The translations under genes were made by a program, and so were the position numbers. Shown here piece by piece: positions 28,801-37,843 of a DNA stretch of 49,171 bases. Origin of the DNA: Bacteroidota bacterium (GTDB taxonomy: Bacteria; Bacteroidota; Bacteroidia; Flavobacteriales; Flavobacteriaceae); assembly GCA_022709825.1 (NCBI GenBank), contig JAKLIC010000001.1:1-49171 (forward strand), read 5' to 3'. How positions within the stretch are numbered: position 1 is the first letter of the stretch; each line of letters begins with the position of its first letter. The notes under the pieces were generated by a model. The model was given only the letters and a program-made list of their open reading frames with translations, had not been told where the DNA came from and did no database searches.

Positions 28801-29646
28801 ATGGCTAAAATAATTATCCACGGAGGTTTTTTCTCAGAATCTTCCACTAATCTAGAAACTAAAATTGCAAAGCAAGAGGCTTTATTGCGAATTGTTAAGG
28901 ATTCTTATGAGTACCTTACTACACATTCGGCTTTAGAAACGGTTGTCTATGCTGTATCATTATTAGAAGATGATGAATTGTTCAATGCTGGTATTGGTTC
29001 ACAAATTCAAAGCGATGGAAAAATCAGAATGAGTGCCGCAATAATGGATGGAACTTCTTTGAAAATGAGTGGCGTAATCAATATTGAAGAAGTAAAAAAC
29101 CCAATTCAAGTAGCAGAAGTTTTGTTGAATGTTGACGATAGAGTTTTGGGAGGGAAAGGAGCAACCAGTTTTGCCAGAAAGCACGGATTTGAACCTTTTT
29201 CAACAGAAATTCCTCAAAGAAGAGCAGAGTATGAAGCTAAATTACAAGCTACGGGAATAGGAACTGTGGGTTGTGTTGCTTTAGATTCAAATGGCAAAAT
29301 AGCTGTTGCTACTTCAACTGGCGGAAAAGGCTTTGAGATTGCGGGCAGAATTTCGGATTCAGCAACCGTTGCCGGAAATTATGCCAATGAATTTTGTGGT
29401 GTAAGTTTGACCGGAGTAGGAGAAGATATTGTAAGTGGAGCTGTTGCTACAAAAATTGTTACCCGAGTAACCGATGGATTCACTTTAGAAGCTGCTTTTG
29501 AAAAAACCTTTAATGAACTCAAACCGTTTGATGGTTTTGCAGGAGCAATTGCAATCGATAAAGAAGGAACTATTTTTCACAAGGATTCGCATCCAAGTAT
29601 GGTCTTTGCAAGTTTTGACGGAGATAAGGTAGAGGTTTTCATGTAA
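28801..29646 (+). CDS. iaaA: Isoaspartyl peptidase / plant-type L-asparaginase (Ntn hydrolase)
   Basis: IIIHGG, LEDD..FNAG.GS, GTVGCVA (Thr nucleophile), ATSTGG, GRISDS, TGVGE. Confidence 0.9.
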   Translation: MAKIIIHGGFFSESSTNLETKIAKQEALLRIVKDSYEYLTTHSALETVVYAVSLLEDDELFNAGIGSQIQSDGKIRMSAAIMDGTSLKMSGVINIEEVKNPIQVAEVLLNVDDRVLGGKGATSFARKHGFEPFSTEIPQRRAEYEAKLQATGIGTVGCVALDSNGKIAVATSTGGKGFEIAGRISDSATVAGNYANEFCGVSLTGVGEDIVSGAVATKIVTRVTDGFTLEAAFEKTFNELKPFDGFAGAIAIDKEGTIFHKDSHPSMVFASFDGDKVEVFM

Positions 29647-29662
29647 ATAAAATAGTTATAAA

Positions 29663-29690
29663 AAAATCCCAAACTTTCGATTGGGATTTT
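29663..29690. terminator. Bidirectional terminator
   Basis: AAAATCCCAA-N8-TTGGGATTTT. Confidence 0.85.
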
Positions 29691-29726
29691 CTATGTAAGT
29701 AAGTTAAAATCGGATTGTTAAAACGT

Positions 29727-30071
29727 TTATTTTACTTTATTCAAAATTGCTTTAAAAGCTTCCGGATGATTCATTGCTAAATCAGCAAGCACTTTACGGT
29801 TCAATTCGATACCGTTAGCTTTTACTTTTCCGATAAATTGAGAATAACTCATTCCTTCCAAACGAGCACCAGCGTTAATACGCATGATCCATAAAGAACG
29901 GAAGTTTCTTTTGTTTTGTTTTCTATCACGGTAAGCATAAACCATGGCTTTTTCAACCGCGTTTTTAGCAACCGTCCAAACGTTTTTACGTCTACCAAAG
30001 AAACCTTTGGCTTGCTTTAATACTTTTTTTCTTCGTGCTCTTTTAGCAACAGAATTTACTGATCTTGGCAT
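29727..30071 (-). CDS. rplT: 50S ribosomal protein L20
   Basis: [39 protein letters not shown]. Start ATG 30071. Confidence 0.98.
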   Translation of the reverse strand: MPRSVNSVAKRARRKKVLKQAKGFFGRRKNVWTVAKNAVEKAMVYAYRDRKQNKRNFRSLWIMRINAGARLEGMSYSQFIGKVKANGIELNRKVLADLAMNHPEAFKAILNKVK

Positions 30072-30086
30072 AATTTTCTTGTTTTT

Positions 30087-30136
30087 TGTAGTAGGCGTCC
30101 CGAATTTAATCAAGGGAACTTATTGGCCATACTCCA
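30087..30136 (-). ncRNA. Candidate structured cis-regulatory RNA between rpmI and rplT
   Basis: Minus strand UGgAGUAuGGC-CAAUAA-GUuCCC...GGGAC-GCC-UACUaCA nested stems. Confidence 0.5.
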
Positions 30137-30197
30137 AGGTTATTAAAATTTTTTTAACCTAAAGAATTAATTTGTAATTGACATTTGAAATTGTCGA

Positions 30198-30395
30198 TTA
30201 GATAATTCTTAATTGTTGTTTAATACTTTTCTCATCGGTTTTGTGAACCAAAGTCGAATGAGTTAAAGCTAATTTACGCTTTTTAGATTTTTTAGTCAAA
30301 ATGTGACTTTTAAAAGCGTGTTTTCTCTTGATTTTTCCAGAGCCAGTTACTTTGAATCGCTTCTTAGCACTGGATTTTGTTTTCATTTTAGGCAT
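30198..30395 (-). CDS. rpmI: 50S ribosomal protein L35
   Basis: [25 protein letters not shown]. Confidence 0.98.
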   Translation of the reverse strand: MPKMKTKSSAKKRFKVTGSGKIKRKHAFKSHILTKKSKKRKLALTHSTLVHKTDEKSIKQQLRII

Positions 30396-30427
30396 AATTT
30401 CCCAAATTTATTTGTGATTCAACTTAC

Positions 30428-30982
30428 TTACTTCTTTTTCTTAGGTGCGAGATACATAATCATTCGCTTCCCTTCTAATACCGGTAAAGCCTCTACTTTT
30501 CCCAGTTCTTCTAAATCTTGAGCTAAACGAAGCAAAAGAATTTGACCTTGTTCTTTATATATAATTGAACGTCCTTTAAAGAATACGAATGCTTTTAATT
30601 TAGCACCTTCTTTTAAGAATTTTTCAGCATTTTTCTTTTTAAACTCATAATCATGTTCGTCAGTTTGTGGTCCGAAACGGATTTCCTTCACCACAATTTG
30701 TGTCGATTTTGCTTTGAGCATTTTTTCTCTTTTCTTCTGCTCGTAAATAAACTTCCCATAGTCCATTAATTTACAAACAGGAGGCTCTGCATTGGGAGAA
30801 ATTTCCACCAAATCAACCTCAAATTCTTCAGCTAAACGCAATGCTTCAGAAATTTTGTAAACTCCCGGCTCGATGTTTTCACCTACCAAACGAACTTCAG
30901 GTACACGAATTAAATTGTTAATTCGATGTGCTGCTTTTTTTTCTACTCTGGGTTGGTAACCCCTGTTGTTTCTAATTGCTAT
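30428..30982 (-). CDS. infC: Translation initiation factor IF-3, non-canonical start (ATA 30982 or ATT 30976)
   Basis: DLVEISP.A.PPVCK.MDYGKF.YE and KEIRF. The conserved RINN.I...EVRLV lies upstream of the TTG at 30889; in-frame TAA at 30989-30991. Confidence 0.95.
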   Translation of the reverse strand: MAIRNNRGYQPRVEKKAAHRINNLIRVPEVRLVGENIEPGVYKISEALRLAEEFEVDLVEISPNAEPPVCKLMDYGKFIYEQKKREKMLKAKSTQIVVKEIRFGPQTDEHDYEFKKKNAEKFLKEGAKLKAFVFFKGRSIIYKEQGQILLLRLAQDLEELGKVEALPVLEGKRMIMYLAPKKKK

Positions 30983-30999
30983 GGCTCTTTAATTTAAAG

Positions 31000-32946
31000 T
31001 TAAACGTCAAATGGTTTTAATGTATTGCTAATTTCTTCGTTTACAATTTTTGCAAATTCGTCAATTGTAACGGTGCTGTTTCCTCTTCCTTCTTGTCCGT
31101 GTCGTCTTATTGAAATGGTTCCGTTTTTTTCTTCTTCCTCACCAACAATAATCATGAACGGTATTTTTTTAACTTCTGCATCTCTGATTTTCTTGCCAAT
31201 TGTCTCATTGCGGTTGTCAATCAGGCCGCGAATTTCGTGATTTTCTAGCAAACTTAAAACTTTTTGAGCATAATTTTCATATTTCTCACTCAAAGACAAG
31301 ATTATAGCCTGCTCAGGCATCAACCAAAGTGGGAAGTTTCCTGCTGTATGTTCTAATAAAATGGCTATAAATCGTTCCATTGACCCAAAGGGTGCACGAT
31401 GAATCATAACTGGTCTATGCATTTCGTTGTCAGCTCCTTTATAACTCAATTCAAAACGTTCCGGCAAGTTGTAATCCACTTGAATTGTTCCTAATTGCCA
31501 TTGCCTTCCCAAAGCATCTTTTACCATGAAATCCAATTTCGGACCGTAGAATGCAGCTTCACCATATTCTACAACGGTATTTAAACCTTTGTCTCTGGCT
31601 GCATTGATAATGGCATTTTCTGCTTTTTCCCAATTTTCATCAGAACCTATGTATTTTTCTGTATTTTCCTTATCACGTAGGGATATTTGAGCCGTGAAGT
31701 TTTCAAATCCTAATGAATTGAAAACATATAAAACTAAATCAATTACTTTTTTAAATTCACTATCCAATTGGTCCGGAGTACAAAAAATATGTGCATCGTC
31801 CTGAGTAAATCCTCTCACACGTGTTAAGCCATGTAATTCTCCACTTTGTTCATAACGGTAAACGGTTCCAAATTCAGCATAACGTTTCGGTAAATCTTTA
31901 TAACTCCAAGGTCTTGTATTATAAATTTCACAGTGATGAGGACAATTCATTGGTTTTAACAAAAACTCTTCACCTTCTGCCGGTGTATGAATCGGTTGAA
32001 AACTATCGGCACCATATTTTGCATAATGTCCCGACGTTACATATAATTCTTTCTGACCAATATGTGGAGTAACCACTTGTTCGTAGCCAGCTTTTTTCTG
32101 AGCTTTTTTCAAAAATTGTTCTAAACGGTCACGTAAAGCAGCTCCTTTTGGTAACCACAATGGTAAACCTTGCCCAACTTTTTGAGAAAAAGCAAATAAA
32201 TCTAATTCTTTTCCTAATTTTCTATGGTCGCGACGCTTGGCTTCCTCTAATAATTCTAAATAATCAGTTAGGTCTTTTTGTTTTGGGAATGAAATTCCAT
32301 AAACACGCGTTAATTGCTTATTTTTCTCATCACCTCTCCAATAAGCACCCGCAACACTCATGATTTTCATTGCTTTGATAATTCCGGTATTAGGAATGTG
32401 TCCACCACGACATAAATCAAAGAAATTAGAATGATCACAAAAGGTTATTGTTCCATCTTCTAAATTTGAAATTAATTCTGTTTTGTATTCATTATTTTTA
32501 TATATCGATAATGCTTCGGCTTTAGAAACCGGTCTCATTCTGAATTCGTGTTTCTCTCTGGCAATTTCTAAAATTCGGTCTTCAATCGCTTTAAAATCGG
32601 CTTCGACAATTTTTTTGTCTCCAAAATCAACATCATAATAAAAACCATTCTCAATTGCAGGACCTAACGTCAATTTAATACCGGGATATAATTCTTCTAA
32701 TACTTGAGCCATAACGTGGGAAGTAGAATGCCAAAAAGCTTTTTTACCTTCTTTGTCATTCCATGTAAATAAAACAAGTGCTCCATCCGTCGTCAAAGAA
32801 GTTTCAGTTTCAATAGTTGTATCATTGAAAGAAGCAGAAATTACATTTCTGGCTAAACCTTCACTAATGCTTTTAGCAACATCCATTGGCGTTACACCTG
32901 AGCTAAATTCTTTTACCGAACCATCCGGCAGCGTAATCTTTATCAT
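31000..32946 (-). CDS. thrS: Threonyl-tRNA synthetase
   Basis: [55 protein letters not shown]. -7 TATATTTG at 32970-32977. Confidence 0.99.
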   Translation of the reverse strand: MIKITLPDGSVKEFSSGVTPMDVAKSISEGLARNVISASFNDTTIETETSLTTDGALVLFTWNDKEGKKAFWHSTSHVMAQVLEELYPGIKLTLGPAIENGFYYDVDFGDKKIVEADFKAIEDRILEIAREKHEFRMRPVSKAEALSIYKNNEYKTELISNLEDGTITFCDHSNFFDLCRGGHIPNTGIIKAMKIMSVAGAYWRGDEKNKQLTRVYGISFPKQKDLTDYLELLEEAKRRDHRKLGKELDLFAFSQKVGQGLPLWLPKGAALRDRLEQFLKKAQKKAGYEQVVTPHIGQKELYVTSGHYAKYGADSFQPIHTPAEGEEFLLKPMNCPHHCEIYNTRPWSYKDLPKRYAEFGTVYRYEQSGELHGLTRVRGFTQDDAHIFCTPDQLDSEFKKVIDLVLYVFNSLGFENFTAQISLRDKENTEKYIGSDENWEKAENAIINAARDKGLNTVVEYGEAAFYGPKLDFMVKDALGRQWQLGTIQVDYNLPERFELSYKGADNEMHRPVMIHRAPFGSMERFIAILLEHTAGNFPLWLMPEQAIILSLSEKYENYAQKVLSLLENHEIRGLIDNRNETIGKKIRDAEVKKIPFMIIVGEEEEKNGTISIRRHGQEGRGNSTVTIDEFAKIVNEEISNTLKPFDV

Positions 32947-33193
32947 TCCTTCTGTTTTTTAATGGAATGCAAATATATAAGATTACCAAATCACATACAA
33001 TATATATGTTGCTTATACTCATAAGTATTTTTTTGTTTTTTATTGTTTTGTGTTTTTAATATCAATTTTAGTTTAAAAATATCCACCATGATTTTAGCAA
33101 AAACGAGATTTCGCTTAAGTTAACAACACTTAAACTAATGCTAATTAATATTGATTTTAATTGCTTAAACGTAACTTTGTATAAAAATTGATT

Positions 33194-34099
33194 ATGAAAA
33201 TATTAATTACAGGTGCAACAGGAATGGTTGGTAAAGAACTGGTTTCCCTGTTATTACAAAATGGAATAACGGTTCATTATTTAACAACTTCAAAAGATAA
33301 AATAATAAATAAACCAAATTATTATGGTTTTTATTGGAGTCCACAAGAAGGTTATATCGATGAAAATTGTTTAATGGGTGTAGAATCAATTATTCATTTA
33401 GCCGGAGCCACGGTTTCGAAACGATGGACGAACAATTATAAACAAGAAATAATAGAGAGTCGGATTATTTCCTCTTCATTATTGTATAATTGCTTAAAAA
33501 ATCATCCTAATCAAGTGAAGCAACTAGTTTCTGCTTCTGCTATAGGAATATATCCAAATAGTTTGACTCTAGTATATACCGAAGAAAACACAACTTCAGA
33601 CGATAGTTTTCTTGGGAATGTAGTGGTAAAATGGGAGGAAAGTGTTGATGTTTTTAAAGTACTTAATATAAAAGTTTGCAAGCTCCGAATAGGCCTTGTT
33701 TTATCAAATAAAGGAGGAGCTTTATTAGAAATGCTAAAACCAATTCAAGTGGGATTGGGGTCGGCATTTGGCTCGGGTAAGCAAGTTCAATCGTGGATTC
33801 ACGTGGAAGATTTAGCTAACATGTTTTTTTATGCTGTTCAAAACCAATGGTATGGAGCGTATAATGCTGTAGCTCCTAATCCTGTAACCAATTCAGAATT
33901 AATTAAGACTATTGCTAAAACGGTAAATAAACCCTTGTTTATGCCAAATATTCCAAAATTTGTGATGTCATTAGTTTTAGGGGAAATGCACCAATTACTT
34001 TTTTCCAGTCAACATGTTAGCTCTCGAAAAGCTGAAAAAAACGGTTTTCAATTTCGATACCGTGATTTAGCCAAGACATTAGATAATTTGTTGTCATAA
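33194..34099 (+). CDS. TIGR01777/YfcH-like NAD-dependent epimerase
   Basis: ITGATGMVG, IHLAGA, RWT...K..I..SR, SASAIG.Y, QSWIHV.D. -7 TAACTTTG at 33172-33179. Confidence 0.9.
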   Translation: MKILITGATGMVGKELVSLLLQNGITVHYLTTSKDKIINKPNYYGFYWSPQEGYIDENCLMGVESIIHLAGATVSKRWTNNYKQEIIESRIISSSLLYNCLKNHPNQVKQLVSASAIGIYPNSLTLVYTEENTTSDDSFLGNVVVKWEESVDVFKVLNIKVCKLRIGLVLSNKGGALLEMLKPIQVGLGSAFGSGKQVQSWIHVEDLANMFFYAVQNQWYGAYNAVAPNPVTNSELIKTIAKTVNKPLFMPNIPKFVMSLVLGEMHQLLFSSQHVSSRKAEKNGFQFRYRDLAKTLDNLLS

Positions 34100-34129
34100 A
34101 AAAAAAGCTCTTCAATTGAGGAGCTTCTT
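34100..34129. terminator. Terminator between convergent genes
   Basis: AAGCTCTTCAATTGAGGAGCTT hairpin preceded by an A run. Confidence 0.7.
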
Positions 34130-34153
34130 ATAAAGTGTAAGATGAAATAATAA

Positions 34154-34816
34154 TTAATTTGTTGCAGTAATGCTAACTTTTAATTCGATTTCGTCGTCTA
34201 CGAATTTGTCTTTTAAATTGTCAAATACAGATTTTGAAGCATAATTTACATTCCAATGTGTTCTGTCAATTTTGAATGTTTCACTATTTAATGTCACTGT
34301 ATTTCCATCTACTAAAATCATAGCAGGGAAAGAAACTGGTTTAGTAATTCCTTTTAAAGTTAAATTACCGGAAACAGTAGTAACGGCATCAACCGTTGCA
34401 ACAGATGTAATTTCAAAAGTTCCTTCCGGGAATTTTTTAGTATTAAAGAAATGATCTGCATCTTCTACTTTTCCTAATCCTTTTAAGTGGCCTTCTAAGT
34501 CTTCTTTTCCGTCACCGGCTTTTAAATCCAAAACAGTGATACTGTTCATGTCAATGGTGAATTTACCGCTTTCCACTTTTCCATTATTTAAAGACAATTC
34601 TCCGTTTGAAAGAGCAATGGTTCCATTATGTTTTCCGGCTGGCTTAGAGCCAACCCACTCGATGGTAGATTTGGTAGTATCTACTTTATACGTTGTGGCT
34701 GTTTCAGCAGCAATTGCCGCATTTTCTAACGGTTCTATTGCTTCTGCCTTGTCATTTTTACAAGAAGTTAAAGAAAGTGTAGTTAGGACTACTAAGCATA
34801 AAATGATTTTTTTCAT
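34154..34816 (-). CDS. YceI-family lipid/polyisoprenoid-binding lipoprotein
   Basis: Lipobox LTSC; S.IEW.GSK...H.G, L.GHLK...FF...KFP, GNLTLKGITK, IDRT.W. Confidence 0.9.
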   Translation of the reverse strand: MKKIILCLVVLTTLSLTSCKNDKAEAIEPLENAAIAAETATTYKVDTTKSTIEWVGSKPAGKHNGTIALSNGELSLNNGKVESGKFTIDMNSITVLDLKAGDGKEDLEGHLKGLGKVEDADHFFNTKKFPEGTFEITSVATVDAVTTVSGNLTLKGITKPVSFPAMILVDGNTVTLNSETFKIDRTHWNVNYASKSVFDNLKDKFVDDEIELKVSITATN

Positions 34817-34935
34817 AGTTTTTTAGTTTTAAGTTTGAACAAAAATAGAAAACCAACACGCCCATTTTTCATAAAAAAATATTAAATTTTGGCACATTGA
34901 TTTTGAAGAAAATCGATTAAAAAAATTATTTACGC

Positions 34936-34976
34936 TGACAATTTGACATTTTTAAACAAATGGCAGTACTTTTGCA
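34936..34976 (+). promoter_or_regulatory. grpE-dnaJ promoter: sigma54-like TGGCAGTACTTTTGCA overlapping a TTTG-N21-TACTTTTG housekeeping promoter, with TGACA-N3-TGACA upstream
   Basis: -24/-12 spacing matches TGGCACG-N4-TTGC at 34961-34976; TGACA at 34936 and 34944. Confidence 0.6.
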
Positions 34977-34995
34977 ATCCAAAATTTAACAACGA

Positions 34996-35571
34996 ATGTT
35001 CAAAAATTTTTTTAAGCAGATGAATCAAGAGAATACTGAAAATATAGAAAAGGAAATCATTGAAAATGAATCAACTTCAGAACAAACTCAGGAAGATATT
35101 GAAATTCCTGTAGTTGAATTGACAAATGAAGAAAAATTACAGGAAGACTTAGCTAAAGAAAAAGATAAATTTTTGCGTCTTTTTGCAGAATTTGAAAACT
35201 TCAAAAAAAGAACTGCTAAAGAGCGAATTGATTTGTTTAAAACGGCCAATCAAGAAGTTTTGGTTGCAATGTTGCCTGTTATGGATGATTTTGATAGAGC
35301 AATGGTTCAAATTTCTAAAACAGAGGATGAATTATTGTTGAAAGGTGTTGAATTGATTCATGAAAAATTAAAGTCTACTTTAGTTTCTAAAGGATTAGAA
35401 CAAGTGGAAATTAGTGTTGGCGATGTTTTCAATGCTGATTTTGCCGAAGCCATTACACAAATTCCTGCTCCATCGGATGATTTGAAAGGTAAAATTGTAG
35501 ATGTCGTTGAAAAAGGATATAAATTGGGTGATAAAATAATTCGTTTTCCTAAAGTTGTTATCGGTCAATAG
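34996..35571 (+). CDS. grpE: Nucleotide exchange factor GrpE
   Basis: LRLFAEFENFKKRT, LPVMDDFDRA, KGYKL.DKIIR..KV. Alternative start at 35020. Confidence 0.96.
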   Translation: MFKNFFKQMNQENTENIEKEIIENESTSEQTQEDIEIPVVELTNEEKLQEDLAKEKDKFLRLFAEFENFKKRTAKERIDLFKTANQEVLVAMLPVMDDFDRAMVQISKTEDELLLKGVELIHEKLKSTLVSKGLEQVEISVGDVFNADFAEAITQIPAPSDDLKGKIVDVVEKGYKLGDKIIRFPKVVIGQ

Positions 35572-35645
35572 AGACAGTTCTCGACCTATCCGTATGAAGT
35601 AATTAAAATAGGAAATTGAATTGAATAAATTTGGTATTTTAAAAC

Positions 35646-36758
35646 ATGAAAAAAGATTTTTACGAAATATTAGGCGTTACTAAAAGTGCATCGGCTGAGG
35701 AAATTAAGAAAGCTTATCGCAAGAAAGCAATTGAGTTTCACCCAGATAAAAATCCGGGAAATAAAGAAGCAGAAGAAAATTTCAAAAAAGCAGCTGAAGC
35801 TTATGAAGTGCTGAGCGATCCTAATAAAAAAGCAAAATACGATCAATATGGTCATGCTGCATTTGATGGCAATGGTGGATTTGGCGGCGGTGGCGGAATG
35901 AACATGGATGACATTTTCAGTCAATTTGGCGACATTTTCGGAAGTGCTTTTGGGGGAGGATTTAGTGGAGGTTTTGGCGGTGGTCAACGCAGAATGAAAG
36001 GTAGCAATTTACGAATAAAAGTTAAATTAACATTAGAGGAAATTGCCTTTGGAGTTGAGAAAAAAGTAAAAGTTAAACGGAAAGTTCAAGCTCCCGGTGT
36101 TTCTTATAAAACATGTGGAACTTGTAATGGTTCGGGTCAGGTTTTACGTGTAACCAATACAATTTTAGGTAGAATGCAAACGGCAACTACTTGTCCAACT
36201 TGTGGTGGTTCAGGTCAATCTATCAGTTCAAAACCAGCAAATGCCGATGCACAAGGAATGATTTTGGAAGACGAAACCGTTTCGATTAAAATTCCTGCCG
36301 GTGTTGTTAACGAGATGCAATTAAAAGTAACAGGTAAAGGAAACGATGCTCCGGGTAATGGAATTCCAGGTGATTTAATTGTTGCTATTGAAGAAATTGA
36401 ACATGAATTTTTAAAACGAGAAGGAGAAAATCTTCATTATGATTTATACATCAGCGTGGCTGAGGCTGCATTAGGTGTTTCTAAAGAAATTGAAGCTGTT
36501 GGTGGAAAAGTGAGAATCAAATTAGAAGAAGGAATACAGTCAGGTAAAATTTTAAGATTAAAAGGAAAAGGAATTCCAAGTTTAAATTCATACGGGAATG
36601 GTGATTTATTAGTTCATATAAATGTTTGGACACCAAAGACTTTAAACAAAGAGCAACGTCAATTTTTTGAGAAAATGCTGACGGATGAAAACTTCATTCC
36701 ACATCCTGAAAAATCAGATAAATCTTTTTTTGAAAAAGTTAAAGATATGTTTTCATAA
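35646..36758 (+). CDS. dnaJ: Chaperone DnaJ
   Basis: J domain with HPD, G/F-rich region, two CxxCxGxG repeats, C-terminal GDL domains. Confidence 0.97.
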   Translation: MKKDFYEILGVTKSASAEEIKKAYRKKAIEFHPDKNPGNKEAEENFKKAAEAYEVLSDPNKKAKYDQYGHAAFDGNGGFGGGGGMNMDDIFSQFGDIFGSAFGGGFSGGFGGGQRRMKGSNLRIKVKLTLEEIAFGVEKKVKVKRKVQAPGVSYKTCGTCNGSGQVLRVTNTILGRMQTATTCPTCGGSGQSISSKPANADAQGMILEDETVSIKIPAGVVNEMQLKVTGKGNDAPGNGIPGDLIVAIEEIEHEFLKREGENLHYDLYISVAEAALGVSKEIEAVGGKVRIKLEEGIQSGKILRLKGKGIPSLNSYGNGDLLVHINVWTPKTLNKEQRQFFEKMLTDENFIPHPEKSDKSFFEKVKDMFS

Positions 36759-36786
36759 TATGAAAAAAATATTTACATTTGAACTT

Positions 36787-36859
36787 TACTAGGAAACTAG
36801 TAGATTCTTTTTCATAGCAATTTTTCCCATCCTTATGCAAATAAGGGTGGGTTTTTTTT
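36787..36859 (+). ncRNA. Candidate ~70-nt small RNA with its own -7 box and terminator
   Basis: TACATTTG at 36774-36781; TACTAG-GAAA-CTAGTA hairpin; unpaired TTCTTTTTCATAGCAATTTT; terminator CCCATCCTTAT-GCAA-ATAAGGGTGGG-T8. Confidence 0.55.
36826..36859 (+). terminator. Intrinsic terminator (dnaJ and/or sRNA)
   Basis: 11-bp stem with GCAA tetraloop and T8. Confidence 0.92.
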
Positions 36860-36919
36860 GTAACAAACGTAGCTAAAAATGTACTAATTCCGTATATTTA
36901 CCAAAACTCAAAAATAGGT

Positions 36920-37843
36920 ATGAGCAACATTCTGGAAGTACGCCAAGTCGTCAAAAAATACGGCGAATTTACCGCACTCAATAGTGTTTCTTTAACGGTC
37001 CCGAAAGGTAGTATTTATGGATTATTAGGTCCAAACGGAGCCGGAAAAACATCATTAATCCGTATCATCAATCAAATTACAATGCCTGACAGTGGTGAAA
37101 TTCTGTTAGACGGCGAATTGCTTCAACCACATCACATCCAACATATTGGATATCTTCCAGAAGAGCGAGGTTTGTATAAATCGATGAAAGTGGGTGAGCA
37201 ATGTTTATATTTGGCTCAACTCAAAGGATTATCAAAACAGGAAGCCAAAAAACAATTGGATTATTGGTTTGATAAATTAGAAATTCAAGGTTGGTGGAAT
37301 AAAAAAATTGAAGAGCTTTCCAAAGGAATGGCTCAAAAAGTTCAATTTGTTGTCACTGTTTTGCATAAACCAAAATTGTTGATTTTTGACGAACCATTTT
37401 CGGGTTTTGATCCTGTAAATGCCAATATTATTAAAGATGAAATTTTGGAGTTGAAAAAAAATGGTGCTACTATAATTTTTTCGACTCATCGAATGGAAAG
37501 TGTAGAAGAATTATGTGACGATATTGCTCTGATTCATAAATCGAATAAACTAATCGAGGGAAAATTGACCGATGTGAAACGACAACATCGAACCAATAGT
37601 TTTGAAGTCGGAATTTTAACCAATAATGTGGAAGGATTAATGATTGATTTATCGCAAAAGTTTAAGGTTAATCAAGCACAATTTAAATCGTTAAACGATG
37701 ATTTAAAACTAGAAATCTCCATTGGAACTTCAAGTCCTAATGAATTACTTCAAATTTTGACCGGTAGAGGACAAGTGACCCATTTTGTTGAAAAAATCCC
37801 ATCTGCCAATGATATATTTATTAAAACCGTAAGTGAATCCTAA
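36920..37843 (+). CDS. ABC transporter ATP-binding protein (NatA/YhaQ-like)
   Basis: GPNGAGKT, GYLPEERGLY, LSKGM, IFDEPFSG, STH. Confidence 0.92.
   Translation: MSNILEVRQVVKKYGEFTALNSVSLTVPKGSIYGLLGPNGAGKTSLIRIINQITMPDSGEILLDGELLQPHHIQHIGYLPEERGLYKSMKVGEQCLYLAQLKGLSKQEAKKQLDYWFDKLEIQGWWNKKIEELSKGMAQKVQFVVTVLHKPKLLIFDEPFSGFDPVNANIIKDEILELKKNGATIIFSTHRMESVEELCDDIALIHKSNKLIEGKLTDVKRQHRTNSFEVGILTNNVEGLMIDLSQKFKVNQAQFKSLNDDLKLEISIGTSSPNELLQILTGRGQVTHFVEKIPSANDIFIKTVSES

Noticed and set aside
10771..30113. Longer N-termini given by the ORF track for crtI, the MerR regulator, both transketolase genes, cphB and rplT
   Set aside because: The extensions overlap promoters, repeats or structured RNA; conserved sequence begins at the downstream ATG.
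32947..33100. T-box or tRNA-mimic operator upstream of thrS
   Set aside because: The -7 box is only ~24 bp from the ATG, leaving no room for a structured leader.
34890..34907. TGGCACATTGATTTTGA as a second sigma54 site
   Set aside because: No GC at the -12 position; spacing is wrong.
36789..36815. Minus-strand mini-ORF MKKNLLVS
   Set aside because: Promoter and terminator face the plus strand; better read as the antisense-like seed of the sRNA candidate, though not excluded.
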